From positions 1 through 37,979 of the IMG/VR virus record IMGVR_UViG_3300033067_000735: 37,979 nt of DNA. The stretch is one strand, 5' to 3'. Shown here one piece after another: positions 7,696 through 16,450 of the stretch; the stretch's first letter is position 1; each line of letters begins with the position of its first letter. The stretch comes from a virus. Taxonomy: Duplodnaviria > Caudoviricetes. Below the pieces are notes generated by a model. It ran no database searches and had not been told where the DNA came from. It saw only the letters and a program-made list of their open reading frames with translations. Both the position numbers and the translations under genes were made by a program.

Positions 7696-7800
7696 CGCTA
7701 TTTCGACATCGCCTGTCGTCGAATTGAGGAAGCCTCCAAGCAGGCCGACCTCTTCATCGAGCCCGCTCCCGCTCCCAAGCAGGAGACGATGGCCCTATGA
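7696..7800 (+). pseudogene. Displaced original 3' end of the methyltransferase (RYFDIACRRIEEASKQADLFIEPAPAPKQETMAL)
   Basis: 15 of 16 residues identical to 7096..7143; its stop overlaps the next ATG (ATGA). Confidence 0.8.
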
Positions 7801-8366
7801 GCCGCAAGAAGCGCAAGCCCGGCCACCGCGAGCCCAACGGACGCCTCTCCCGCCGCGTCCTACACACCAAGGAGCGCGAGGAGATGACCCAACGCGAGGC
7901 ACAGTCCGTCGCCATCGCCGCTCGCATGCGCCACACCGGATTGCCCGAGGAGGTCGTCAGCCTCAACGTCGCCGGCAGGCCCAACGCTGGGACCCTCCAT
8001 GGCATCATGTGCCTCCGGGGCGATATCTCCCGCGAGCAGTGGGATGCAGCCGAGTGGTGGATCGGCAAGCGCGGGGCATGGCTCAGGGCGATCGAATCCC
8101 CCAACCAGGAGACAGGCCGCACCGAGGGGGGAGGGCAGTTCGACCCCGATCGTCACGCCGAGTTCTGCCGCATGGCCCGGGAGAGCTGGTCCGCCGTCTG
8201 CGATTGCATCCAGACCGCATCCACAGAAAACCGCGCCCCGCTCATGTCGGCCCTCGACGTGTTTCTCGTTCGCGGCCACCATCTGCAACACATGGTCGGG
8301 GATCTGAGGATTGCGCTCAACGCCGTGCATCGGCGGTTTCTGGCGGGACAGAGGAGGACGGGATGA
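7797..8366 (+). CDS. Hypothetical protein at the late-regulator (Q-like) position
   Basis: Basic N-terminus RKRKPGHREPNGRLSR; lies just upstream of the late promoter/terminator; function inferred from position. Confidence 0.6.
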   Translation: MSRKKRKPGHREPNGRLSRRVLHTKEREEMTQREAQSVAIAARMRHTGLPEEVVSLNVAGRPNAGTLHGIMCLRGDISREQWDAAEWWIGKRGAWLRAIESPNQETGRTEGGGQFDPDRHAEFCRMARESWSAVCDCIQTASTENRAPLMSALDVFLVRGHHLQHMVGDLRIALNAVHRRFLAGQRRTG

Positions 8367-8551
8367 GCGAGTGGCAGCCTATCGAGACAGCGCCGAGGGA
8401 CGGGAGAGAGATGATATTGCTCATTGGGCTGTCGGGTTGGCCCGGGGTTGGGTGGTCGGACACATGGTGGACGCGTAACTACACCGCCGGGGGCGTGCCG
8501 ACGCATTGGATGCGGATCGAGCCGCTGCCCGTGCCGCCGCCGCGGGACTAA
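8363..8551 (+). CDS. DUF551-like small protein
   Basis: MSEWQPIETAPRDG...PTHWM; GAGGAGG RBS. Confidence 0.8.
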   Translation: MSEWQPIETAPRDGREMILLIGLSGWPGVGWSDTWWTRNYTAGGVPTHWMRIEPLPVPPPRD

Positions 8552-8560
8552 CACACCCCC

Positions 8561-8590
8561 TTGACACCCCCTGACGGATGCCCGATAACC
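8561..8590 (+). promoter_or_regulatory. Putative late promoter
   Basis: Consensus TTGACA at 8561, GATAAC 17 bp downstream, upstream of terS. Confidence 0.65.
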
Positions 8591-8616
8591 GTCAGCACTA
8601 CAAGACTCCCGCTTCG

Positions 8617-8645
8617 CGCCCGCGGCCCATGCTGCGGGCGTTTTG
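8617..8645 (+). terminator. Intrinsic terminator between late promoter and terS
   Basis: CGCCCGCGGC-ccat-GCTGCGGGCG followed by TTTTG. Confidence 0.7.
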
Positions 8646-8676
8646 ATTCCGGGCCGAAATCAACCGCGAAAATCAC

Positions 8677-9030
8677 ATGGCATCGAAGCGAGGCGGTTTC
8701 CGCCCTGGCGCTGGACGCAAACCCGGCTCAAAGCCGCCGCCTGCCGAAGCCAAGCGCTCCCTCTCCGAACTCGCCCGCGAACTGACCGACGAAGCAATCG
8801 AGACGCTGCGGTCTGTGATGCGATCGGGGCAGAGCGAGGCGGCGCGTGTTGCGGCTGCCAATGCGGTTCTCGACCGCGGCTACGGCAAGCCCCCACAGTT
8901 CTCGACCGGCGACGCCAAGGCCTTCAAGGCGGCCACGGAAATGACGGATGACGAACTCGCAAGCGTTATCGCCAGTGGAAGCGGCGGTCGAGCTGCTACG
9001 CCGACGAACAGCGCGGCGAAGCCTCACTGA
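8677..9030 (+). CDS. terS: Terminase small subunit
   Basis: RGGFRPGAGRKPGS and AANAVLDRGYGKP motifs; precedes terL. Confidence 0.8.
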   Translation: MASKRGGFRPGAGRKPGSKPPPAEAKRSLSELARELTDEAIETLRSVMRSGQSEAARVAAANAVLDRGYGKPPQFSTGDAKAFKAATEMTDDELASVIASGSGGRAATPTNSAAKPH

Positions 9031-10399
9031 ATACGCCCGCCTTTGCGGGTTCGAGCCTGCCGCCCATCACCGCCTGTTGATCGAGGCGCTTGAGGCCGTC
9101 GCGAGGGGCGACTACCCGAACCTCGCGGTCTTCATGCCGCCGGGCAGTGCCAAGAGCACCTACGGCAGCGTCCTGTTCGCCTCGTGGGTGATGCAGCAGC
9201 GCTGGAACGTGCTTGCAGCCTCGCACACGGTCGAACTGGCCGAGAAGTGGGGCAGGCGGGTTCGCAACCTCGTGGCCGAGCATCGGCTTGTCCTTGGCGT
9301 CACGCCCGATCCTGACAGCCAAGCGGCCGGGCGATGGGCTCTCAGCGACGGGACGGAATACTACGCGGCCGGAGTCAACACCGGCATCGCGGGCTTCCGC
9401 GCCAAGCTCGGCATCATCGACGACCCGGTGCGCTCGCGACAGGACGCGGACTCGGAGCTGATCCGTGACAGGACGTGGGACTGGTACATCAATGACTTTC
9501 GAACGCGCCTTGTCCCTGGGGCTCGTCAGGTTCTCATTCAAACCCGATGGCACGAGGATGACCTGGCCGGCCGAGCCCTCCAACATGGCGACTGGCATGT
9601 GCTCAGCCTTCCGGCCTTGGCTGAGGACAACGACCCGCTGGGACGCCGGCCCGGTGAGCCACTCTGGTCCGACGACGCCTATGGTTACGGTGGGCAGCTT
9701 CTCGACCTAGCGAAGGACACGCCTGCCCGCACATGGAGCGCGCTTTACCAGCAGCGCCCGGCGCCGGAAGAGGGCGACTACTTCAAGGCCGACTGGCTCA
9801 AGACGTACGACACGCTGCCCCCGCGCTCGGAGATGCAGGTCTATGGCGGGTCGGACTACGCCGTTACCGCTGACGGCGGCGACTACACCGTGCACGTCGT
9901 GGTCGGGCTCGACGCTGACAACCGAATGTATCTTTTGGACCTCTGGCGCCGGCAAGCGTCGTCTGATGTCTGGGTTGAGGCATTTGCTGATCTCGTCAAG
10001 CAATGGAAGCCCATCGGCTGGGCCGAGGAAAAAGGCCAGATCGCGTCGGGCGTCGGCCCGCTCCTAGACCGCCGCTCCCGCGAGCGTCAGGCATTCGTTC
10101 ACCGCGAGGCATTCCCGACCCGAGGCGACAAGGCGATCCGCGCTCAGTCGATCCGGGGCCGCATGGCGATGAACGGCCTGTACGTCCCGGCCAATGCGCC
10201 GTGGCTGGCAGAGCTTCGGTCGGAACTGCTGCACTTCCCGGCCGGCAAGCATGACGACCAGGTCGACGCCCTGGGCCTCGTCGGACAGTTGCTCGACAAG
10301 ATGGTGAGCGGCACGCGGCCGAAGGCTGGCGATAAGCCCGCGTTCACGGACTACAAGCCCCGCGCCCCGCGCGACCAGTCGAACATGATGGTTCTCTGA
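8948..10399 (+). CDS. terL: Terminase large subunit
   Basis: Walker A MPPGSAKST, Walker B GIIDDP, QTRWHEDDL, nuclease GSDYA...GDYT and HDDQVDA; exact start uncertain. Confidence 0.95.
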   Translation: MTNSQALSPVEAAVELLRRRTARRSLTEYARLCGFEPAAHHRLLIEALEAVARGDYPNLAVFMPPGSAKSTYGSVLFASWVMQQRWNVLAASHTVELAEKWGRRVRNLVAEHRLVLGVTPDPDSQAAGRWALSDGTEYYAAGVNTGIAGFRAKLGIIDDPVRSRQDADSELIRDRTWDWYINDFRTRLVPGARQVLIQTRWHEDDLAGRALQHGDWHVLSLPALAEDNDPLGRRPGEPLWSDDAYGYGGQLLDLAKDTPARTWSALYQQRPAPEEGDYFKADWLKTYDTLPPRSEMQVYGGSDYAVTADGGDYTVHVVVGLDADNRMYLLDLWRRQASSDVWVEAFADLVKQWKPIGWAEEKGQIASGVGPLLDRRSRERQAFVHREAFPTRGDKAIRAQSIRGRMAMNGLYVPANAPWLAELRSELLHFPAGKHDDQVDALGLVGQLLDKMVSGTRPKAGDKPAFTDYKPRAPRDQSNMMVL

Positions 10400-12387
10400 T
10401 GGCCGTTGGCGTCGCATCCTCCCCGTCAGGCTACGGCGACTCCGGCCGTGGCGTGTCGAGCGGAGGCGGACCCGCGTCCGAAGAGGACAAGGGCGCCAGC
10501 GTCACCGAGCTTCGCAAGCAGTACACCGATTTCCTCTCCTCCAAGCACGCCGAGATCGAGGAACAGCGCCTTCACCGTCACTACTACCACGGCGACCAGC
10601 TTACCAAGGACCAGCTTGCCGAACTCCAGAGGCGCGGCCAGCCGGCGACGATCCGCGACAAGGCGAGCCGCAAGATCAATGGCGTCGTCGGCCTCCTCGA
10701 GCGCCTGAAGCAAGACCCGAAGGCGTATCCGCGCACCCCGAAGCACGAGGAAGGGGCGGAGATTATCACCGCTGCTGTTCGGTATGTGCTGGACGCCAAC
10801 AACTGGTCCGCGCTCTCTGCCGGTGCTGCGCGCGATGGTGCGATCAACGGCATCTTCGGCGTCGAGATGGACCTTATCGAAGGGGACATGGGTGACCCGG
10901 ACATCAGCCTCAACCAGGTCGACAACGACACGTTTTTCTACGACCCGCGCTCGTTCCGCTACGACTTCTCGGATGCCCGCTACATGGGCGTTGCGAAGTG
11001 GGTAGACGCTGATGTTGCCAAGGAGATGTTCCCCGACCAGGAGGACGAGATCGACAGCCTCGTCACCTACGGCACCGGGGCTGAATCGTGGCAGCAGCGC
11101 GACCGCGAACTGAAGTGGACGGACAGCAGCGAGCGACGCATCTTCCTCATCGAGCACTGGTACATCCGCAAGGGCGAGTGGCACGCCTGCTGGTACTGCG
11201 GCGACAAGAAGCTGAAGTCCATCAAGTCGCCGTTCTACGAGAAGCTGCCAACATCTGAACAGCCGGGCAAGACCGCCTGCCGCTACATCATGGGCTCGGT
11301 CAACGTCGACCATGATGGCGACCGCTACGGCTACCTCCGGCTGCTCAAGACGCTGATTGACGAGCTGAACGCGCTCGTCAGCAAGCGGGCGCACCTGATC
11401 AACACCCGTCGCATCATCATGGAAGAGGGTTCCGTGATGGACGTGGACACGGCCCGCAAGGAGGCCGTTCGCGCCGATGGCGTCCTCGTTGTGGCGCCGG
11501 GCCGTCGCTTCGAGTTCGACGACGCCCGCACGATGGCCGACATTCGCTCGATCAACGAGGCGATTGCCGAGGTCAAGACGGAGATCGAGAATTTCGGCCC
11601 GAACCCGGCCTTGATCGGGCAGGGCATCGAGAACAAGTCGGGCCGGGCGATTGCGCTCCTCCAGCAAGCCGGCATTGCCGAACTTGGGCCGGGCATCATC
11701 GGCAACCGCGATTGGAAGCTCCGAACCTTCCGCTCGGTGTCGACCAACCAGCGCAAGCACTGGGGGGCCGAGCGCTGGCTCAGGGTCACGGATGACGAGG
11801 GCGCGCCCAAATTCATGGGCATGAACGTGATGCAGGTTGACGAGATGGGGCAGCCCGTCCTCGTGAGCATCATGCCCGATGGGCGGGTCATCCCCGGCGG
11901 CATCGACGCCCTCGACGTGGATATCATCCTCGACGAGGGGCCGGACACGCTCAACGTCATGCAGGACACCTTCGAGACGCTTCAGGCGCTCGCCCAGAAC
12001 GGGGCACAGGTTCCGCCCGACGTGCTGATCATGGCGAGCAACCTCCCGGCGAGCGAGAAGAAGAAGATTCTCGAGCGCATGGAGCAGGCCAACAAGCCTT
12101 CCGAGTTCGACCAGAAGGTCATGGAGATCAAGACGGTCGAAGCCGAGGGCAAGGCCCGCAAGGTCAACGCCGAGGCGGACAAGATCACGGCCGAAGTGCC
12201 CGGCGTCGATGCCACGGCCATGCAGGCGCGGGCCTCGGCGTTCAAGGACGTTGCCGGCGCTGCCATGGACATTGCAGGGGCCAAGCAGGCCGGTGGCGGC
12301 CCCATGAGCGAGCTAGCCGCTATCCGGCAGCGCAACGGCCTTGAGCCCAGCCCGCCCGACCTCGGCGGCTCTACCCCGTTCGGTTGA
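10399..12387 (+). CDS. Portal protein, P22-like with C-terminal helical barrel region
   Basis: 662 aa after terL; YYHGDQ, FYDPRS..YDFSDARY, SGRAI..LQQAG and DVDIILDEGP motifs. Confidence 0.9.
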   Translation: MAVGVASSPSGYGDSGRGVSSGGGPASEEDKGASVTELRKQYTDFLSSKHAEIEEQRLHRHYYHGDQLTKDQLAELQRRGQPATIRDKASRKINGVVGLLERLKQDPKAYPRTPKHEEGAEIITAAVRYVLDANNWSALSAGAARDGAINGIFGVEMDLIEGDMGDPDISLNQVDNDTFFYDPRSFRYDFSDARYMGVAKWVDADVAKEMFPDQEDEIDSLVTYGTGAESWQQRDRELKWTDSSERRIFLIEHWYIRKGEWHACWYCGDKKLKSIKSPFYEKLPTSEQPGKTACRYIMGSVNVDHDGDRYGYLRLLKTLIDELNALVSKRAHLINTRRIIMEEGSVMDVDTARKEAVRADGVLVVAPGRRFEFDDARTMADIRSINEAIAEVKTEIENFGPNPALIGQGIENKSGRAIALLQQAGIAELGPGIIGNRDWKLRTFRSVSTNQRKHWGAERWLRVTDDEGAPKFMGMNVMQVDEMGQPVLVSIMPDGRVIPGGIDALDVDIILDEGPDTLNVMQDTFETLQALAQNGAQVPPDVLIMASNLPASEKKKILERMEQANKPSEFDQKVMEIKTVEAEGKARKVNAEADKITAEVPGVDATAMQARASAFKDVAGAAMDIAGAKQAGGGPMSELAAIRQRNGLEPSPPDLGGSTPFG

Positions 12388-12399
12388 TAGGAGACAGAC

Positions 12400-12909
12400 A
12401 TGGCGACTTTGGCCGAACTCGGGAGCCGTAAGCTCTCGCGGGGCGGGGACATGACGACGGCTTGGGTATCCACGGCATCGTGGACGCCTGCGGCTGCGGC
12501 CTACGCCGCCAATGATGTGATCTCAACAGCCCAAGAGTTCACCGGCATCGGGTTCCCGAACGGCGGAGAGGTCATGATCAACTCCGCTTCGCTCCTGGTG
12601 GCACATACGGCAGTCATATCGGGGGAGACGAACTATCTCCTCTACCTCTACAACGTCACCCCGCCCAGCGCCCTTGCCGACAACGATGCGTTTGACATCC
12701 CCTCGGGTGATCGAGCCGCTTTGGTTGCCCGCATCGACCTCGGCACCCCTGCAGACCTAGGCTCGACGCTCCTGGTGCAGACAGACGAAATCAACAAGCA
12801 AGTGACGGTCCCAAGTGGCGGGAGTCTCTTCGGCTACCTCGTCACCGTGGGGGCGTTCACGGCCACGGCGGCGGCTCGTCAGGTCACTCTTCACACACGT
12901 TCTCTTTAA
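12400..12909 (+). CDS. Probable virion protein (beta-rich, 169 aa)
   Basis: AGGAG RBS; Thr/Ala/Val-rich; in structural operon. Confidence 0.65.
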   Translation: MATLAELGSRKLSRGGDMTTAWVSTASWTPAAAAYAANDVISTAQEFTGIGFPNGGEVMINSASLLVAHTAVISGETNYLLYLYNVTPPSALADNDAFDIPSGDRAALVARIDLGTPADLGSTLLVQTDEINKQVTVPSGGSLFGYLVTVGAFTATAAARQVTLHTRSL

Positions 12910-12924
12910 GGAAGGGCACCCGCA

Positions 12925-13242
12925 ATGGCTCAGACCAATGGCGTGTCGTTTGTTGAGATCGGCCCTTACATCCGGGGCAGGGCTGCGGCTGATAGCTTGG
13001 TCAAGACCGGCGCCGGCTATTTGCACACGGTCACGATTTCGCCCCTGACGGCGACCCCCACAGCGGGATTGCTGACCGTATACGATGGCACCACCGAAGC
13101 CGGCTTCGTCCTCTATTCGGAGTGGGTTTTCGCGACGACGCCCGGGCACACGGTAATCCTCGACACGCCGTTCGGCTCGGGCATCTACGTCGGCTTCGAC
13201 GCGACGCTAGCCAACGTCAACGTGATGCTGTCTTACCGGTAA
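12925..13242 (+). CDS. Probable virion protein (105 aa)
   Basis: RBS; LVKTGAGYLHTVTI...LTVYDG beta-sandwich-like pattern. Confidence 0.65.
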   Translation: MAQTNGVSFVEIGPYIRGRAAADSLVKTGAGYLHTVTISPLTATPTAGLLTVYDGTTEAGFVLYSEWVFATTPGHTVILDTPFGSGIYVGFDATLANVNVMLSYR

Positions 13243-14501
13243 TGCCTACGCTCGCCGAAATCGAATCCCGCCAGCGGCTATCAGCACAAGGGGAATCCCG
13301 CGTGCTGTCGCTGGGCCAAGAGAGCGGCAAGCCGCTTTCCGGGGGGCGCGGCGGCGAGACGTGGGTGACGGCAACGGGCGGGACAACGGGCTACACCCTT
13401 GCGGACTGGATGGCGTCCATATCGGCCCTCCCGACTGCGGGGACCGGCGACGCCCAGCAGTTGTTTAATTCGAGCTCTGGGCAAGTGCTAGATTTCCGCC
13501 TGGGCACGAGCGCAACGCCTGATACATCACTAAATGCCGGGCTCAAAGTCACCCGCACCATGGGCCACGCTGACGACGGCGGGGCGAGTGATGATGGCGA
13601 GCAACTTACTGCCATCCTCGGCGCTGCGGTTGGTGTCACGGCGATGGTCGGCCAGCCGGTCGGCGTTGTGGGGATTGCCAAGCACAGCGGGACAACGAGC
13701 GGCACAGGTCGTCGCCCTGACGCTGTTGGCATCTACGGTATAGGGGACATCACTGGTTCGGGGACTGGCGTTGGCATCGGTGCATTCTTCCAAGGTCGGC
13801 GCGAGGAGAGCACAGGGAAGCTAACCGGAGTTGAGATTCAGACAGCCAACTACGGGGGGGCTGCGCTGACTTACAGTTCAACGGGGTTTTCCAGCGGTGG
13901 CATATGGCTCAACGCCAACGGCGATGCCGATAGCGCTGCCGGGATAATGATCGCAAACCCGTTCGGGTTTCAGTTCGAGGTAGGGATTGCATTTGTTGGC
14001 CAAGTAGCCGGCGGGAAGACCGGCGGCATCTCCGCCGCCGCGATCCGTGACGACAGTACCGCGACCAAGAGCTACGACATCCGGGGCACCCATAATATCG
14101 CAATCGACGCGACCGGCGCGACCTTGAGCGGGGGTGTTCTCTACGCGCCAAACAACGTCGTCATCCTTCGCGCCAAGAACGCGGCGGGGGATAGCGACGA
14201 CGCGCTGCTGTCTTACAATTCGTCCGACGTGTTGGTGATCGGCTCGACCGACACCAACAACATCTTCATGTCCCAGACCGTGCAGATGCAGGAGGCGAAA
14301 GACCTCCAACTAGGCACGACCACAGGGACGAAGATCGGAACGGGCACCACGCAAAAGCTGTCGTTCTGGAACGCTACGCCGGTCGTGCAGCCGGCTGCGG
14401 TTGCCGATGCATCCGGTGGGGCGACCATCGATGCCGAGGCGCGGACGGCCCTTAATGCTCTCCTTGCTCGCATGCGGACGGTTGGGATGATCGCGACGTG
14501 A
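13242..14501 (+). CDS. Fibre/spike protein (419 aa)
   Basis: Gly-rich beta-repeats; C-terminal KLSFWNATPVVQP...NALLARMRTVGMIA resembles fibre trimerisation ends. Confidence 0.7.
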   Translation: MPTLAEIESRQRLSAQGESRVLSLGQESGKPLSGGRGGETWVTATGGTTGYTLADWMASISALPTAGTGDAQQLFNSSSGQVLDFRLGTSATPDTSLNAGLKVTRTMGHADDGGASDDGEQLTAILGAAVGVTAMVGQPVGVVGIAKHSGTTSGTGRRPDAVGIYGIGDITGSGTGVGIGAFFQGRREESTGKLTGVEIQTANYGGAALTYSSTGFSSGGIWLNANGDADSAAGIMIANPFGFQFEVGIAFVGQVAGGKTGGISAAAIRDDSTATKSYDIRGTHNIAIDATGATLSGGVLYAPNNVVILRAKNAAGDSDDALLSYNSSDVLVIGSTDTNNIFMSQTVQMQEAKDLQLGTTTGTKIGTGTTQKLSFWNATPVVQPAAVADASGGATIDAEARTALNALLARMRTVGMIAT

Positions 14502-14656
14502 CGCTCGACAAGGAAGAACACCGCACAATCCTGCTCGAACTCATCAACAAGAGCGCATTCCCCGGCCAGTTCGCCGAGACGGTGGCCGAGTTGAAGGCGG
14601 CTCTATCTGCCGCCGACGTGCAACCCCCAGACACCCCAAACCCTTCGGCGGGTTGA
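14498..14656 (+). CDS. 52-aa protein, possible fibre assembly chaperone (not in ORF track)
   Basis: GTGA overlap; MTLDKEEHRTILLELINKSAFPGQFAETVAELKAAL. Confidence 0.6.
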   Translation: MTLDKEEHRTILLELINKSAFPGQFAETVAELKAALSAADVQPPDTPNPSAG

Positions 14657-14683
14657 CGCCGACAACGCTGAAAGGAAACTGCC

Positions 14684-15196
14684 ATGCCCTATAACCTCGC
14701 CGAACAGGAGAGCCAGGCTCTCCGAAACGGCCCCAACTACGACATGCTCGTCCCGTTCAAGCGCGCCCAGGCCATGCGGCGCGTCGAGGAGAAGATCTTC
14801 GACCCGATCGGCACCGCCCTGACCACGGCACTCTCGCCCGTCACGGCGTTCGTCGTCTCCGGGCTCGTGATCGCCAAGGTCGTCGGCATCTCCAACGCGG
14901 CGCTCGCCTCGACCAGCACCACCGGCACGCTCGCCGTCGGTGTCTCCGGCGCCACCACGGTTGCCCTCGGCACTACCACCATCAACGGCACCAACTTCCC
15001 GGCCGCGAATACGGTCTGGATCGACACGTCGCCGACGGTGCTGGCCGAGGTCATGGTCGCTGCGAACCTCACCGGGTTTCTGACGGCCTCCAACATCATC
15101 GTCACGGTCGCCACCAACAACATGACGACCGGCGGCCTGTACCTCTACTGCATCTGGGAGCCCGTTTCCCCGAACGCCTCGGTCACCGCCGCGTGA
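14684..15196 (+). CDS. Probable virion/decoration protein (170 aa)
   Basis: AAAGGAAA RBS; strongly biased codons; beta-rich. Confidence 0.7.
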   Translation: MPYNLAEQESQALRNGPNYDMLVPFKRAQAMRRVEEKIFDPIGTALTTALSPVTAFVVSGLVIAKVVGISNAALASTSTTGTLAVGVSGATTVALGTTTINGTNFPAANTVWIDTSPTVLAEVMVAANLTGFLTASNIIVTVATNNMTTGGLYLYCIWEPVSPNASVTAA

Positions 15197-15378
15197 TGAC
15201 CCGAATGGACTACCTCTCCGCCAGCCGATCTTGGCGGGAGCAAGCGGCGAAGGCCGGCAATCCTATCACTTGGTGGATGGCTGAGGCGGCCGATACGCCG
15301 GAACCCCTGTACGACCCCATCGAACCCCGTGGCGTGGCCGGCATCGTGCCGTCTCCCGCTCGCGGCCAGTCAGACTAG
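15193..15378 (+). CDS. Hypothetical 61-aa protein
   Basis: GTGA overlap with previous gene. Confidence 0.55.
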   Translation: MMTRMDYLSASRSWREQAAKAGNPITWWMAEAADTPEPLYDPIEPRGVAGIVPSPARGQSD

Positions 15379-15384
15379 CCTACC

Positions 15385-15490
15385 CCGTAGGGCTCACGAC
15401 ACGAGCCGAACTGCCTCGTACGCGCCGACGACACAGGCGCTCCGCCACGCGCAGCGAAATGCGCGTCTCGTCCCACAAACGAAACTTGTG
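15385..15490 (+). promoter_or_regulatory. Four tandem hairpin/pseudoknot units in the scaffold 5' UTR
   Basis: Stems GGCTC/GAGCC, GCGCC/GGCGC, ACGCGCA/TGCGCGT and CACAA/TTGTG; each loop has RCGA(C/A)A; each stem is preceded by YCGY. Confidence 0.8.
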
Positions 15491-15503
15491 AAGGAACGTT
15501 CTC

Positions 15504-16412
15504 ATGCAGGACGCGGACCTCGATTCCGTCAACGATGGCCTCTCCGAAGCTCTCGCCTCCATCCCCTCCGAGCCGGCTTCCGAGCCGACCAGCGATGCAC
15601 GGGCGGCAACCGAGAGCGAGGCGAGCCAGTCGCGCGACGAGCGCGGGCGCTTCAAGTCCGAAGCCGAAAAGGCCGAGGCAGCGCCGAAGACGGCGGACCC
15701 CGACGAAGGCGAAGGCGGGCGCGTCCCGGCCTGGCGCCTGAGGGAAATCCGTGAGGAGAGGGATGCCGAACGCCGCGAGCGAGAGACCGAACGCCGCGAA
15801 CTGGAGGCCCTGAAGCGCGAACGCGCCGCATGGCTCCAGCAGCAGCAGAGGCAGCAGCCCCCGCAGCGTCCCGACCTCTACAACGACCCGGACGCCTACG
15901 CCGATTACGTCGAGCAGACGGTCGGCGGGCGCGTCAAGACGGTCGAGGAGATGGTCCGCGACCGCTTCGTCAACATGACTTTCGACAGTCAGGCCGAAGC
16001 GCTGGGCAAGGACGTGTTCGACCCCATGGTCAACGCGTTCATCCAGACGGCCGGGGTGGGTGGGTCCGTTGACCCGCAGCTCTTCCGGAGTGTCGTCGAG
16101 GCATCCAATCCCGGCGCCGCACTGGTCCGGTGGCACAAGCGCCATCAGGCACAGACGGAGGTCGGGGGGGACATCGACGGCTACAACGCCCGGCTTCGCG
16201 ACAAGCTCAAGAAAGACCCTGAGTTCCGCAAGGAGTTCATGGCCGAGCTTGAGGCCGAAGCCCGTGGCGGCTCCCCTGCACGTTCCTCAGACAACATCAC
16301 CAGTCTCCCGTCCTTGAACCGCGCCCCCGGTGGGGCAGGCCGCCAGCAACTCGGCGACCTCGGCAGTTCGGACCAGGAGATGTTCTCGAATCTTACCCGC
16401 AAGCGACGCTGA
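15504..16412 (+). CDS. Capsid scaffolding protein
   Basis: Acidic N-terminus, RDERGRF, VPAWRLREIREER coiled coil; directly before the capsid gene. Confidence 0.8.
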   Translation: MQDADLDSVNDGLSEALASIPSEPASEPTSDARAATESEASQSRDERGRFKSEAEKAEAAPKTADPDEGEGGRVPAWRLREIREERDAERRERETERRELEALKRERAAWLQQQQRQQPPQRPDLYNDPDAYADYVEQTVGGRVKTVEEMVRDRFVNMTFDSQAEALGKDVFDPMVNAFIQTAGVGGSVDPQLFRSVVEASNPGAALVRWHKRHQAQTEVGGDIDGYNARLRDKLKKDPEFRKEFMAELEAEARGGSPARSSDNITSLPSLNRAPGGAGRQQLGDLGSSDQEMFSNLTRKRR

Positions 16413-16450
16413 CCGCGCGCCTGCGGGCGTGACCTGAAAGGGCCACTCCC

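Noticed and set aside
7096-7743. Diverged repeat pair as a diversity-generating retroelement TR/VR
   Set aside because: Differences are synonymous and not adenine-specific, and no reverse transcriptase is present
7210-7800. 196-aa plus-strand ORF as an independent functional protein
   Set aside because: Mostly the antisense of the HNH gene joined to the old methyltransferase tail; kept only as a possible coupling frame
8948-9030. terS/terL 83-nt overlap as a programmed frameshift
   Set aside because: No slippery heptamer seen; such overlaps are common and the terL start is uncertain
15385-15490. Hairpin array as a CRISPR array, terminator or hammerhead ribozyme
   Set aside because: No identical repeats or spacers, no cas genes, no U-tract, and no CUGANGA core
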